DNA of 64,000 nt from Gammaproteobacteria bacterium. Lineage in GTDB: Bacteria > Pseudomonadota > Gammaproteobacteria > Steroidobacterales > Foliamicaceae. Both the position numbers and the translations under genes were made by a program. The notes under the pieces were generated by a model, which had not been told where the DNA came from, did no database searches, and was given only the letters and a program-made list of their open reading frames with translations. This document shows, piece after piece, positions 43,204-53,247 of this stretch (within the stretch, counting starts at the first letter, position 1; each line of letters begins with the position of its first letter). The stretch lies in contig CBDATM010000001.1 of NCBI GenBank assembly GCA_965200225.1, positions 1,681,182-1,745,181 of the forward strand, read 5' to 3'.

Positions 43204-44322
43204 ATGCCTTCCGATTTAACGGTTACGCTGGCCGCAATCATTATCGTCGTTGCGATTCTGGGCTATTGGTTCGGGCGCTCGGGAGAGAACTCCGACCGGC
43301 TGAACTGGCGCTTCCGGAAATTTGCCGAAGGACTGCCGAGGCGTTCGGAGAAGGCGGTCGACGCCTATTTGCGCGAAGCGGAAAAGGAGCAGAGGCAGCC
43401 CGACGCCGCTTTCGAGCTGGCCGCCTATTTCCGATCGGCCGGAGATTGGCGGCGCGCTCTCCAGATCCATGAATCGCTTGCCGCCCGGACAGACCTTGAC
43501 CCGGGCGCCAGGGCTCAGGCAGGACTGGAAATCGGAGACGATTACCGCTCCGCCGGTATGCTGGACCGCGCCGAGAAGGCGTATGCCACAACGGCCGAGT
43601 ATGCCCCTCTGAGGCTCGAAGCCTTGCGGCGCAGGTTGCGTATCTGCGAGCAACTTCAGGACTGGGAACGGGCGTTGCGGGTGGCGGAGCCCGTGGTCCG
43701 CGAGGACCGGGAGTTGGGCCGCCGTCTCCGCTGCCACTACTTGTGCCAGCTTGCGGCGGATCAGGCGCAGGCGGGGAATGTCCGGCAGGCTCGGAAGTTG
43801 TGGAAGCGGGCGGCGAGGGAGTCGCAGGCTTGTCCGCGGCCCGCCGTGGACCGGGCGCTGCTGGGTGACGATCCCTTCGGCAGGCGCTTTGCGGCAGCCT
43901 CCAGTCATCCCGAGTTCGCCGAATGGATACTGGCGGGATTGGGGCAAAAGAGCGGTTTGGCGTCCGAGGCGCTGGACCGGGAACTTTCCCGGCTGCTGCG
44001 GAAAGTTCCCGGCCTGGGTTCGCGTGTGGCCACGGCGCTGCTGCTGGCGCCTGATCTCCTCTGCCGCAGCTCAGCGGAATGCCTGTTCAGCGCCCTGCGC
44101 GAAACCTACCCGGCCTACGGCAGGATCTATGCGACAGGTTCGCCCTCGGCGTTTACTTCCCGGTCCCTCAACGAACTTCGCGATGAGCTTCGCAAGGCGG
44201 TAAGCGGCATGTCGCGCTGGCGCTGCGCTGACTGCGGCCATGAAGACGAAAACCACGCATGGCTCTGCGTGGAATGCGGAGGCTGGGAAACAGCGCGTTT
44301 AATTTCGCCATTTTCGGTCTGA
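43204..44322 (+). CDS. lapB: Lipopolysaccharide assembly protein B (TPR + C-terminal rubredoxin-like zinc finger)
   Basis: 372 aa with an N-terminal TM helix and TPR repeats. The C-terminus is WRCADCGHEDENHAWLCVECGGWETARL. Confidence 0.85.
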   Translation: MPSDLTVTLAAIIIVVAILGYWFGRSGENSDRLNWRFRKFAEGLPRRSEKAVDAYLREAEKEQRQPDAAFELAAYFRSAGDWRRALQIHESLAARTDLDPGARAQAGLEIGDDYRSAGMLDRAEKAYATTAEYAPLRLEALRRRLRICEQLQDWERALRVAEPVVREDRELGRRLRCHYLCQLAADQAQAGNVRQARKLWKRAARESQACPRPAVDRALLGDDPFGRRFAAASSHPEFAEWILAGLGQKSGLASEALDRELSRLLRKVPGLGSRVATALLLAPDLLCRSSAECLFSALRETYPAYGRIYATGSPSAFTSRSLNELRDELRKAVSGMSRWRCADCGHEDENHAWLCVECGGWETARLISPFSV

Positions 44323-44454
44323 ATGGCTTCAGGGGCTATTTTTCGCGAAACGCGTCGTTTTTCGATCTTCATTTCACGGCTTCGCCCGGTCACACTGCCT
44401 GCCTGTATCCGCTCCACAACGGAGCGGAGCTCAGCGCCACAAGGAGAGCCCAGA

Positions 44455-44745
44455 ATGAACAGATGGATAGCCGCCGCCGTGATCATGGCCCTGGCCCCCT
44501 GCCTGCTTTTTGCAGGCCCGGTGAACGTCAACAAGGCCGATGCGGAAACGATTGCCCGCGAACTGCAGGGAATAGGACCCGCCAAGGCCAGAGCCATCGT
44601 GGATTACCGTAAGAGCAACGGACCATTTGAAGCCGTTGAAGATCTTATGAAAGTTAAAGGTATTGGTCGTAAAGTATTGGAAGATAACAGGAAGAATATA
44701 CTCTTGGAGGATAAGAACAACGACTCCTCCGAAACCGTTCTCTGA
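44455..44745 (+). CDS. comEA: ComEA-type helix-hairpin-helix DNA-binding protein
   Basis: Met at 44455 follows AAGGAG and gives the signal peptide MNRWIAAAVIMALAPCLLFA. It continues VNVNKADAETIARELQGIGPAKARAIVDYRKSNGPFEAVEDLMKVKGIG. Confidence 0.75.
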   Translation: MNRWIAAAVIMALAPCLLFAGPVNVNKADAETIARELQGIGPAKARAIVDYRKSNGPFEAVEDLMKVKGIGRKVLEDNRKNILLEDKNNDSSETVL

Positions 44746-44813
44746 ATTTGACGCGGACCCCGATATTTCCCGTCTCCCGGATTAACCCTACACCCCCTCC
44801 CTTGACAGGGCTA

Positions 44814-44843
44814 GCGGCAGGCTCATCCCTGCCGCTTTTTTTT
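44814..44843 (+). terminator. Rho-independent terminator of comEA
   Basis: GCGGCAGG (44814-44821), loop CTCATC, CCTGCCGC (44828-44835), then T8 (44836-44843). Confidence 0.85.
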
Positions 44844-44852
44844 CGCTGGCGT

Positions 44853-44996
44853 CCGGCGTCCTGGTTTGCGCGCTATCGCCTTCCGTCTCTGTGGGGACAC
44901 GCTACGAGCACATCCTTGTGGGCTCTGCTCGGGCATCCTGCCCTCGCAAGGTCCCCACAGAGACGGAAGGCGATAGCGCGCAAACCAGGACGCCGG
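44853..44996. repeat. 144-bp element with perfect 45-bp inverted-repeat arms
   Basis: Left arm 44853-44897 is CCGGCGTCCTGGTTTGCGCGCTATCGCCTTCCGTCTCTGTGGGGA. Right arm 44952-44996 is its exact reverse complement. The spacer is 54 nt and has its own partial hairpin. Confidence 0.9.
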
Positions 44997-45016
44997 TGCA
45001 AAATTCGGCGCGATGG

Positions 45017-46324
45017 TTACGGCTCCTGGTGAGAAATGTGGTCCAGGTCGCCGGTTTTGATGTGCAGGTCTCGCTGCGGATACGGGATTTCCACGCCATG
45101 CTCGCGGAACAGCCGCCACAGCTCCAGCATGACTTCGCTCTTGACGTTGGATACGCCGCCGCTGGCATCCTGGATCCAGAAGCGGATTTCCAGTTCGATG
45201 GCCGAGTCGCCGAATGCCTTGACCAGGCAGCGGGGCGCCGGGTCGTCAAGCACGCGGCGTTGCCCGCGCGCCGCCTGTCTTCCCAGGCGGGTGGCCAATT
45301 CGAGATCGGTTTTGTAGTGTACGCCCACCGACACCCTAAGGCGGCTGTTGGCGTCCGTGTGGGTCCAGTTGGACACCGGCTGGGTAATCAGCGTTTCATT
45401 GGGTATCAGGTGCTCGATGCCGTCGCGCGTGATGATCGAAACATAGCGCGCGCCCAGCTTGTTGACCCAGCCGTAGGTGTTCTCCACGGTCACGACGTCG
45501 CCGGGTTTGATCGACTTGTCCATGAGGAGAATTACGCCGCTGATCAGATTGGACACGATCTTCTGCAGCCCGAAACCCACGCCGAAGCCGACGGCGCCGC
45601 CGATTACCGCCAGGGCCGTGAGATCGATGCCCGCCGCGCTTACGGTGATCAGTATCGCCAGTACGTAGAGTCCGACCCGCAGCGCCTTGTTCATCAGCAC
45701 CCGGCCGGCCGGGGTTACCCAATCGGCGTCCTGGAGTTGGCGTTCCGTAAGCCGGGAAATGAAAGCCGCCAGACTCAGGAACAAACCCAGCAGAAGGGCG
45801 ACGGCGAGGACCTGGTAGAGATTGAGTTGGAAGGTTTCACCCAGAGCGAAGGCGAACGGCGGGTTCTTGAGTGCTTCGATGGTGGGGTCCAGCAAGCCCC
45901 CGATACTGAGCACTGCCATTCCGTAGGCAATGACCGCCGTTATCCGGGACAGCATGGGGTTGCGGATCAGGCGCGACACCAGGCGCACAATGATCCATGC
46001 CGACACCAATGTCGTAAGGATGTTCAGCATCCATGCGTTGACGCCCGCTGCCATGTAGATCCCCAACAGAACGCTGAGAAGGCCAAGCCATAACAACGGC
46101 CAGAGGAGGGGCTCCAGAATGCGCCGCGCGCTTTCCAGGCCCGGGCGGTTCCGGCAACGATCCAGAATTTTCGGGTGGGCCCGCCAGCTGATGAAAAAAG
46201 CGCTGGCGCACAATAGTCCGGCGAGTGCTGCCTGCCACAGGCTTACGGCAATGGGAACATCCGGGGGGATTATTCCGAGAATCGCATCCCGGACGCGATT
46301 CAGCAGTGGCATCAGTTCTTCCAT
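45017..46324 (-). CDS. Mechanosensitive ion channel family protein (MscS-like)
   Basis: 435 aa with multiple TM helices. The conserved MscS core is ISGVILLMDKSIKPGDVVTVENTYGWVNKLGARYVSIITRDGIEHLIPNETL. Confidence 0.85.
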   Translation of the reverse strand: MEELMPLLNRVRDAILGIIPPDVPIAVSLWQAALAGLLCASAFFISWRAHPKILDRCRNRPGLESARRILEPLLWPLLWLGLLSVLLGIYMAAGVNAWMLNILTTLVSAWIIVRLVSRLIRNPMLSRITAVIAYGMAVLSIGGLLDPTIEALKNPPFAFALGETFQLNLYQVLAVALLLGLFLSLAAFISRLTERQLQDADWVTPAGRVLMNKALRVGLYVLAILITVSAAGIDLTALAVIGGAVGFGVGFGLQKIVSNLISGVILLMDKSIKPGDVVTVENTYGWVNKLGARYVSIITRDGIEHLIPNETLITQPVSNWTHTDANSRLRVSVGVHYKTDLELATRLGRQAARGQRRVLDDPAPRCLVKAFGDSAIELEIRFWIQDASGGVSNVKSEVMLELWRLFREHGVEIPYPQRDLHIKTGDLDHISHQEP

Positions 46325-46387
46325 GGGCTGGCCTGCAGGGGCCTCCTTTTGCTTCTATCGGCGGTTGTCCGCGGTGAATGCGGTAGT

Positions 46388-46463
46388 TGGCTCCCCGGGC
46401 CGGACTCGAACCAGCGACCAATTGGTTAACAGCCAACCGCTCTACCTACTGAGCTACCGGGGA
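46388..46463 (-). tRNA. tRNA-Asn (anticodon GUU), CCA encoded
   Basis: The reverse complement folds as TCCCCGG-TA-GCTC-AGTAGGTA-GAGC-G-GTTGG-CTGTTAA-CCAAT-TGGTC-GCTGG-TTCGAGT-CCGGC-CCGGGGA-G-CCA. Confidence 0.9.
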
Positions 46464-46606
46464 AGCGCAGCGATCAACGAAGGGAACAACGCAACAGAAC
46501 GACGGCGAAAGCTTGTGGGGCGTGGCGTGTTGAAGCGCATGGTGGTGTTGGGTGTAACGCTGGGGTGGTTTCAGTAGTGTGCTCGACGGTTTGTGGGGGG
46601 AGGGGG

Positions 46607-47791
46607 TCAGGAGAGGAGGTGGTTGAGGCGGCGCATGGCTTCGCGCAGGTCGTCCATGCTGCAGGCGAACGAGAATCGGATGTGTCCGGTAGCGCCAAAC
46701 GCGGCGCCGGGGACCAGTGCCACCTCGGCTTCCGAGAGGATCCATTCGGCCAGCTCGGTGTCGTTGCTCAGCCCCTGCTGCCGAATGGCTTCCTGGGCGT
46801 CGGCGAACATGTAGAACGCGCCTTGCGCCGGGGCGCAGCGCATGCCGGGCAAGGCGTTGACCGACTCGTAGGTGTATTCGTAGCGCTCCTTGAAGGCGTC
46901 GCGCATGGTGGACAGCATCGACTGATCGCCTCCCAGCGCTGCGGCGGCGGCCGCCTGCGAGATGCTGCTGGGGTTGGCCGTGGTCTGGCTGCAGAGCTTG
47001 CGCATGGCGCTGACCAGATCCGCGTTGGCGCCCGCATAGCCGATGCGCCAGCCGGTCATGGCGTAGGCTTTGGAAACGCCGTTCACCGTAACGATGCGAT
47101 CCCGCATTCCGGTCCAAACCTGGGCGGGCGTCAGCCAGGGCGTGTCGCCCCAGTAAATGTGCTCGTAAATGTCGTCGGACACGACGACGATGCGCTCGTG
47201 CGCGCTCAGCACTTCGCCCAGGGTCTCCAGTTCCGGCCGGGTGTAGCTGATCCCGGTTGGGTTGCCCGGGGTATTGAAGAAAATCATCCGGGTGCGCTCG
47301 GTGATAGCTGCTTCCACTTGTTCGGGCGCCACCTTGTAGCCGGTTTCGATGCCGGCGGACACGATGACCGGCGTTCCGTCGCACAATTTGACGATGTCGG
47401 GGTAGGAGACCCAGTAGGGCGCAAGGATGATTGCTTCATCGCCAGGGTTGAGCAGGGCCGCGGAGGTGTTGAAGAGGACCTGCTTGGCGCCGGCGCCGAC
47501 GGAAATCTGCGACGGCTCGAATTCAAGCCCGTTGTCGCGCGCGAACTTGTTGCAGATGGCGCGCTTGAGCGCCGGCGTGCCGTCGGCCGCGGTGTAGCGC
47601 GTGTCGCCGGCCTCCATCGCCGCTGCTGCCGCGGCGCGAACGTGCTGCGGGGTGTCGAAGTCCGGCTCGCCCGCGCTGAGGCTGAGAACGTCGCGGCCCG
47701 CAGCGCGCATCTCGCGGGCCAGGGTGGAAACGGCGATTGTGGCCGAGGGCTTGACCCGCTGGACCCGCTCGGATAGCTGAATGGAACTCAT
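46607..47791 (-). CDS. Class I/II pyridoxal-phosphate aminotransferase (aspartate aminotransferase-like)
   Basis: The internal Met at 47791 gives [48 protein letters not shown]. The PLP-Lys context is [17 protein letters not shown]. Confidence 0.85.
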   Translation of the reverse strand: MSSIQLSERVQRVKPSATIAVSTLAREMRAAGRDVLSLSAGEPDFDTPQHVRAAAAAAMEAGDTRYTAADGTPALKRAICNKFARDNGLEFEPSQISVGAGAKQVLFNTSAALLNPGDEAIILAPYWVSYPDIVKLCDGTPVIVSAGIETGYKVAPEQVEAAITERTRMIFFNTPGNPTGISYTRPELETLGEVLSAHERIVVVSDDIYEHIYWGDTPWLTPAQVWTGMRDRIVTVNGVSKAYAMTGWRIGYAGANADLVSAMRKLCSQTTANPSSISQAAAAAALGGDQSMLSTMRDAFKERYEYTYESVNALPGMRCAPAQGAFYMFADAQEAIRQQGLSNDTELAEWILSEAEVALVPGAAFGATGHIRFSFACSMDDLREAMRRLNHLLS

Positions 47792-47853
47792 GACAATGCC
47801 CAATGGTTCTGCTGGCAACCGGTATTTTACGGGCACGGCGGGGTCGTGGCGGG

Positions 47854-47993
47854 ATGATGATGAGCCTTCTCCGGACGCAGCCTTCTCCGGACGCAGCTTT
47901 GGTCGGACGCAGCTTTCTCGGGACGCTGCCTTTTCCAGACGCAGCCTTCTCCGGCCTTCTCCGGATGCAGCCTTCTCCAATGATGATGAGCCT
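47854..47993. repeat. Degenerate 16-bp tandem array (about 7 units) bracketed by a 14-bp direct repeat
   Basis: The units CCTTCTCCGGACGCAG and variants run from 47865 to about 47980. ATGATGATGAGCCT occurs at 47854-47867 and again at 47980-47993. The array lies in the divergent aspC/uvrB promoter region. Confidence 0.85.
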
Positions 47994-48035
47994 GAATGCG
48001 CCCTTCTCGCTGCTTGCGGATGCTACAGTGCCGCC

Positions 48036-50072
48036 ATGGAGGCGGATCGGTTCGAACTGCAGGCGGATTTCCAGTTGTCCGGCGATCAGCCCGGCGCGGT
48101 GGATGCGCTTTGCGAGGGCCTGGGCCTCGGTCTTGCCCGGCAGACTCTTCTCGGAGTGACCGGCTCGGGGAAGACCTATACCCTGGCCAGCGTGGTGGCC
48201 CGTCAGCAGCGCCCGGCGCTGGTGCTGGCGCCCAACAAGACGCTGGCAGCGCAGCTCTACGGGGAATTCCGGGATTTCTTCCCGGGTAACCGGGTGGAGT
48301 ATTTCGTCTCGTACTACGACTACTATCAACCCGAGGCCTATGTGCCGTCCACCGATACCTATATCGAGAAGGACGCCTCCATCAACAGCCATATCGAGCA
48401 GATGCGGCTGTCGGCCACCAAGGCGCTGATGGAGCGCAAGGACACCATCGTGGTGGCGACCGTATCGGCGATTTACGGGCTGGGCGATCCCGACGCCTAC
48501 TTTCAGATGATTCTGCACCTGGTGCGGGGCGACCGGGTCGATCAGCGCGACCTGCTGCGCCGGCTCGCCGATCTGCAGTACACCCGCAACGAAGCGGAAC
48601 TGAGGCAGGGCACGTTCCGGGTGCGGGGCGACATTCTGGACGTATTCCCGGCCGAATCGGAGCGCGAAGCGGTGCGGGTCCAGCTTTTCGACGACGAAGT
48701 GGAGGACATCCGCTACTTCGATCCCCTGACCGGCGAAATGAGCCGGCGCGTGCCGCGAGTCACGATCTACCCCAAAACCCACTATGTGACGCCCCGGGAG
48801 ACGCTGGAAGGCGCGGTGGGCAAGATCCGCCGGGAGCTGCGCAGCCGCCTGAACGTATTGCGCGCCGATCAGCGCCTGGTGGAAGCGCAACGCCTGGAGC
48901 AGCGCACCCTGTTCGATATCGAGATGATGCTGGAGGTGGGCTACTGCACCGGGATCGAGAACTACAGCCGCTATCTGTCCGGACGCGAGGTCGGCGAGCC
49001 GCCGCCGTGCCTGTTCGACTACGTTCCGGCCGACGCGCTGCTGTTCGTGGACGAGAGTCATGTGACGCTGCCGCAGCTCGGCGGCATGTTCCGAGGCGAC
49101 CGTTCACGCAAGGAAACGCTGGTCCGCTACGGCTTCCGCCTGCCTTCGGCGCTGGACAACCGGCCGCTGCGCTTCCAGGAGTTCGAGCGGATTTCGCCGC
49201 AAACGATCTACGTTTCGGCCACGCCCGGACCGTTCGAGCACGAGCATTCCGACGCATTGGTGGAGCAGGTGGTTCGTCCTACCGGGCTGGTTGACCCGTC
49301 GGTGGAGCTACGCCCCGCGTCGCGCCAGGTGGACGATGTGCTTTCCGAAATCGCGCTGCGCGTGGAGCGCAACGAGCGCGTTCTCATTACGACGCTGACC
49401 AAGCGCATGGCCGAGGACCTTACGGAATTCCTGGACGAGCACGGCGTGCGCGTGCGCTACCTGCATTCCGACATCGACACGGTGGAACGGGTGGAGATCA
49501 TCCGCGACCTGCGCCTGGGAGCTTTCGACGTGCTGGTGGGCATCAACCTGTTGCGCGAGGGCCTGGACATGCCGGAAGTGTCGCTGGTGGCGATCTTCGA
49601 CGCCGACAAGGAGGGTTTTCTGCGCTCCGAGCGCTCGCTGATTCAGACCATCGGCCGGGCCGCGCGCAACCTCAACGGAATGGCCATCCTGTATGCGGAC
49701 AAGCGCACCGGCGCAATTCGCGGCGCCCTGGAGGAAACCGACCGCCGCCGCGCCCGACAAATCGAATTCAACCGCGAACACGGCATCGAACCGCGTGGCA
49801 TCCAAAAGGAAGTGCCCGACATTATGGAAGGCGCGGTGGTGCGGGGCCGCCGCCGCCGAGGCAGCGCCCGAAAGGTAGCGGAACGAGTATCCGAATATCG
49901 CACCATGACCCCCGAGCAAGTCATGAAAAAGATCAAGCAACTCGAAAAGCGAATGTACCGCCACGCCCAGGATCTCGAATTCGAGGAAGCCGCCGCGCTG
50001 CGCGACGAAATCCACCTCCTGCGCCGCGACGGCCTCGGCATCCCCGAATCAAGCGATCCGCTGGCGTCCTGA
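48036..50072 (+). CDS. uvrB: Excinuclease ABC subunit B
   Basis: The internal Met at 48036 gives [29 protein letters not shown]...[12 protein letters not shown]. The C-terminal UVR domain is [15 protein letters not shown]. Confidence 0.95.
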   Translation: MEADRFELQADFQLSGDQPGAVDALCEGLGLGLARQTLLGVTGSGKTYTLASVVARQQRPALVLAPNKTLAAQLYGEFRDFFPGNRVEYFVSYYDYYQPEAYVPSTDTYIEKDASINSHIEQMRLSATKALMERKDTIVVATVSAIYGLGDPDAYFQMILHLVRGDRVDQRDLLRRLADLQYTRNEAELRQGTFRVRGDILDVFPAESEREAVRVQLFDDEVEDIRYFDPLTGEMSRRVPRVTIYPKTHYVTPRETLEGAVGKIRRELRSRLNVLRADQRLVEAQRLEQRTLFDIEMMLEVGYCTGIENYSRYLSGREVGEPPPCLFDYVPADALLFVDESHVTLPQLGGMFRGDRSRKETLVRYGFRLPSALDNRPLRFQEFERISPQTIYVSATPGPFEHEHSDALVEQVVRPTGLVDPSVELRPASRQVDDVLSEIALRVERNERVLITTLTKRMAEDLTEFLDEHGVRVRYLHSDIDTVERVEIIRDLRLGAFDVLVGINLLREGLDMPEVSLVAIFDADKEGFLRSERSLIQTIGRAARNLNGMAILYADKRTGAIRGALEETDRRRARQIEFNREHGIEPRGIQKEVPDIMEGAVVRGRRRRGSARKVAERVSEYRTMTPEQVMKKIKQLEKRMYRHAQDLEFEEAAALRDEIHLLRRDGLGIPESSDPLAS

Positions 50073-50264
50073 CGCCACCGCGCGCCGGGCCTCAATACGC
50101 GCCGCGGCCCGTTCCGCCTGCTGTCGAGGATTGTCCGCCGGCACCAGCCGCGCGACAGGCTTGCCATATCGCGTAATCGTCACGCTTTCGCCGCGCGCAA
50201 CCCGGTCAAGCAGTTTTGGCAGATGAGTCCTGTCCGCACAGGCGCCGATATGATCCATGAGCAT
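50049..50264 (-). CDS. Phd/YefM-family type II antitoxin (orphan)
   Basis: 71 aa. [29 protein letters not shown] is the Phd/YefM core. Its last 8 codons are antisense to the uvrB 3' end, and there is no room for a downstream toxin. Confidence 0.65.
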   Translation of the reverse strand: MLMDHIGACADRTHLPKLLDRVARGESVTITRYGKPVARLVPADNPRQQAERAAARIEARRAVASGRQRIA

Positions 50265-50492
50265 TCCCTCTTCGGAGTCAGTCCAGGACGAACTATACGA
50301 CTATCGGACCGGGGTACGTGTTCTTGATCTCTGAGGCTTTGCATCTCGTGCATCGCGCAGCCCGCTCACGATTCGCCGGTGTTGTGCGTGCCGTACCGCG
50401 GACACTGGCTGCCGGCGCGCGGCGCTGGTCTGCAACCCCTTTCAGCCATGAGGCACGGTGCTCAAACTTCGTGGCGAACTGGGACCAGATAA

Positions 50493-51122
50493 CTATCCCG
50501 AAAAATAACTGCGCCGAAACAACCTGTCTGTCCGCCTTTTCCAGGTAATTCGGCACTCCACTGCACTGGCTGCAGCCGTTGTGGGAGGTCGAGCCTTGCT
50601 AACCGCTACGCCTTCGTGGCCTCCCCAGATTTTTGCGACCTGTTTGCCGTTCGTGTCTTCCTGCAATTCGACCCGGGTAACACAGCCGCCAAAGATCATC
50701 ATTCCATAGCGCAAGCTTTCGGTCTCCTTCGCATCTGTGGAGACATGCCACCATGCTTCGCAATAAATGACCGGGAACTCTTTGCTTGTGTTGGCCCTTC
50801 TGACCACCTTTTGCGCCAATCCCTCGTCGTCGAGCACGCGGAATCCGCAGGAAGCGCCGTAATGGCCGTCGTCTTCCCGCATGACGAAGAGATGCTCGCC
50901 TTCACCCTCGTTAAAATCCAGAAGCTGATTGCCTGCTTCATAGCGGTTCCGTTGCATTGTCACCGTGAACGGGACCGTGGAATAGCAGCGTCGTAAGGTA
51001 TCTTTTCTCTCGGTATCAAGCGGCCATTCCACGCGGACAAAACTGCTTGTCGGCGGTGGGCGCGCGTCTTTGTCCTTCTGCGCCTCAAGCCGTTCGCGTA
51101 GTTCCGCTGATACCTGCCTCAT
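50493..51122 (-). CDS. Hypothetical protein
   Basis: ORF 50493..51158. ATG 51122 gives MRQVSAELRERLEAQKDKD. No recognisable motif. It lies in the AT-richer island. Confidence 0.4.
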   Translation of the reverse strand: MRQVSAELRERLEAQKDKDARPPPTSSFVRVEWPLDTERKDTLRRCYSTVPFTVTMQRNRYEAGNQLLDFNEGEGEHLFVMREDDGHYGASCGFRVLDDEGLAQKVVRRANTSKEFPVIYCEAWWHVSTDAKETESLRYGMMIFGGCVTRVELQEDTNGKQVAKIWGGHEGVAVSKARPPTTAAASAVECRITWKRRTDRLFRRSYFSG

Positions 51123-51266
51123 GATGTTAGATGTAGATGATCTCGGCAATGTCCCCAAGCGGCCCTATAGACACACAAATCTCTTTCAAATTACGCCGTG
51201 GTGCCCGTGGCAACCACACGAACCGATACTCACTCTGATAGGCGTGCCGAAAGTGCTTGAGGAAAG

Positions 51267-52343
51267 CTAGGGCACCGCCTCGCCTTCATCGAAGCGGGAG
51301 AAGAAGGCTTTCCGGTCCACCCGATCAAGTGCGGCAGCCGTCCAATCCAGCACTTCGACCAGGTCTAGCGATTGCAGGCGCCCGGGACCGGAGAGTTGCT
51401 GAAACAGTGCTCGCAGCACCGGCGCGCGCAAATGCCAGACTGCTTCGTGCCAATTGAACTTTTCTTCGGGAGTTGGTGCTTTCCTTGCCCATAGCACCCA
51501 TGCAGAAAACACGCCGTAGAACAGGGTTTGCACCAGCGTCGAGCGGAAGAAGCGCGAGCCACTATCCCCCTTGAAGCGGATACCCAGCGCCTCCTCCAGC
51601 GCTGAACTCAGAGCATCGAGTTGTGGTGCGTCCCCCGCCGCCTCGACCCGCGCAAGCCCGTCGCGCGCGTAGGAGGCGAGTAGCCATGCCAGATCATTGG
51701 GCTCCGCCAGCGCTGCCCGATGCGACAACACACGCAACAGGTACTCGCCGAAACTCCTGGCGATTGTTGGGGCATCATCGCGCCCTTTGTTGGGAAGAAG
51801 GTCTTCGCCCGCACGATATTCGGCGGTGTCCTGACGAACTCTGCCGGCGAAGGCGCGCGGCTTTGCCAGATGCTCAAGAAATTCGCTTTCGCTTTCGGCC
51901 AACCGGAAGGATTCCAGCTTTACGGGTTGTCCGCTATCGTCTTCACCTATCAGCACGAAATCGCGCATGTTTGTTACCAGCACCTGACGATAGCGCTGCC
52001 AGTAGCGACTGACCTGATCGCCCTGGGCAGTGAGCCAAGCGTCGTTGCTCACCGACTTTATTTCCACCACGCCTCGCTCCGGCGTCTGCCCCTTTCGCGG
52101 CTCACGTCGTTGCAGTTGTTTCGCCGCGTATAGGCCGATATCAGGACGTCCCGCGCCTTGGTTGGCCAATTCTCGAACGCAGAAGACCTTCGGCTTGAGT
52201 ATCGCTCCAACTGCATTCAGCAAGTTCACCAGCGGAGCGGATAGCGACCCCTCCGCCGTCGCACCCCCTGATGCGCGGATTATTCGCAGGTCGTCAAGAT
52301 AGGTTGTGACCGCCTGAACAAGTTTTGATTCGGTTGCCGCCAT
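51267..52343 (-). pseudogene. N-terminal fragment of a type IIG/MmeI-like restriction-modification enzyme (nuclease + helical domains, methyltransferase missing)
   Basis: The PD-(D/E)xK-like motif is GRPDIGLY...GVVEIKSV. STLVQTLFYGVFSAWVLWAR resembles the conserved QT-x-YGLF helix. The ORF stops at ...FFSRFDEGEAVP, just before the point where the FYE-FL / SAM-binding module normally follows. Confidence 0.55.
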
Positions 52344-52408
52344 GCCCGCTTTATCGCCAATACTTCCGCATTATGCATTTGCGAGTGCTTGAGCGTGGCA
52401 CGCGATCT

Positions 52409-53234
52409 TCAGAAAAGCCTGTCCTGTGGGCTGATGGCCAACTCTCCGCCTTCTTGGTCTTGGATCAGCTGTTTCATTTTCAAATCGCGGATAGATTGGT
52501 TCAGGTGTTTGGGTAACCACGGTAGCGGAAGAAGAGCTTTTTGGAGATTTTCCTTTTTCGCTGCTCCTGATCCCAACTGCTCAAGCACCCAACTTCGCAG
52601 TTGTCCGAGGTCGGGCTCTCTTTCGATCAGGGCGAGTTGGTTTGGATTGTAGGAATTGAGGATGTAGAAGTCTCCGTCTGGACACGCTTTCCAGACGCAC
52701 TTCTTCATCAAGTCGCGCCCCTGCTTATGATTGGTCAGGTGAAGAAGAAAGCAACGCACTGCCTTGTTTCCGCGCATCATGCGAATATGTGTGCGCCATT
52801 TTGCGCCCACTCGTTCCATGAGCAAGCGTGCCGCCTCGTCGGCTCTTTCAACCGGGGAATCGAGCTTGGCGAGACCTTGCCAGTCTTCGCATCCGAATAT
52901 CTCATCCAAGTTGGATGCCTGACCATGATCCGCAGCGGGTCCCTGGCATATTGCCATGTCCAACTCCCTCCACATCACATTGACGAAGAGTTCCACATGT
53001 GAAAATTTCATCAACTTCTTCAGAAGCGACCAGGGTATATTGAATCCGTAGGGGTCTACGAAAATGAAAGCCGGTGCCATCTGCTTGTTTTGGCTTCTCA
53101 GGCGCTCAACCAACTTCTGAAGATATGTGAAAGCGTCCTCTGTTCAAGTAATCCCGAATGAGCTTGTGCTTGATACGCTGAAAGGGGCCGTAGTCTTCCC
53201 AGTAATGCGGCGTTGGGTCCTTGTAAGGTGCCAT
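52409..53234 (-). pseudogene. Three-Cys-motif partner protein TcmP, internally deleted and frameshifted
   Basis: ATG 53234 (RBS GGGAGCAAGG) gives MAPYKDPTPHYWEDYGPFQRIKHKLIRDYLN and then a stop at 53106. A second frame continues EDAFTYLQKLVERLRSQNKQMAPAFIFVDPYGFNIPW... to 52409. The central DxFAGxG-type region expected between the two parts is absent. Confidence 0.6.
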
Positions 53235-53247
53235 CCTTGCTCCCATT

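Noticed and set aside
47990-48036. A LexA (SOS) box in front of uvrB within GCTGCTTGCGGATGCTACAGTG.
   Set aside because: The CTG and CAG half-sites are 13 nt apart rather than the 10 nt of the CTG-N10-CAG consensus. No convincing box was found by eye.
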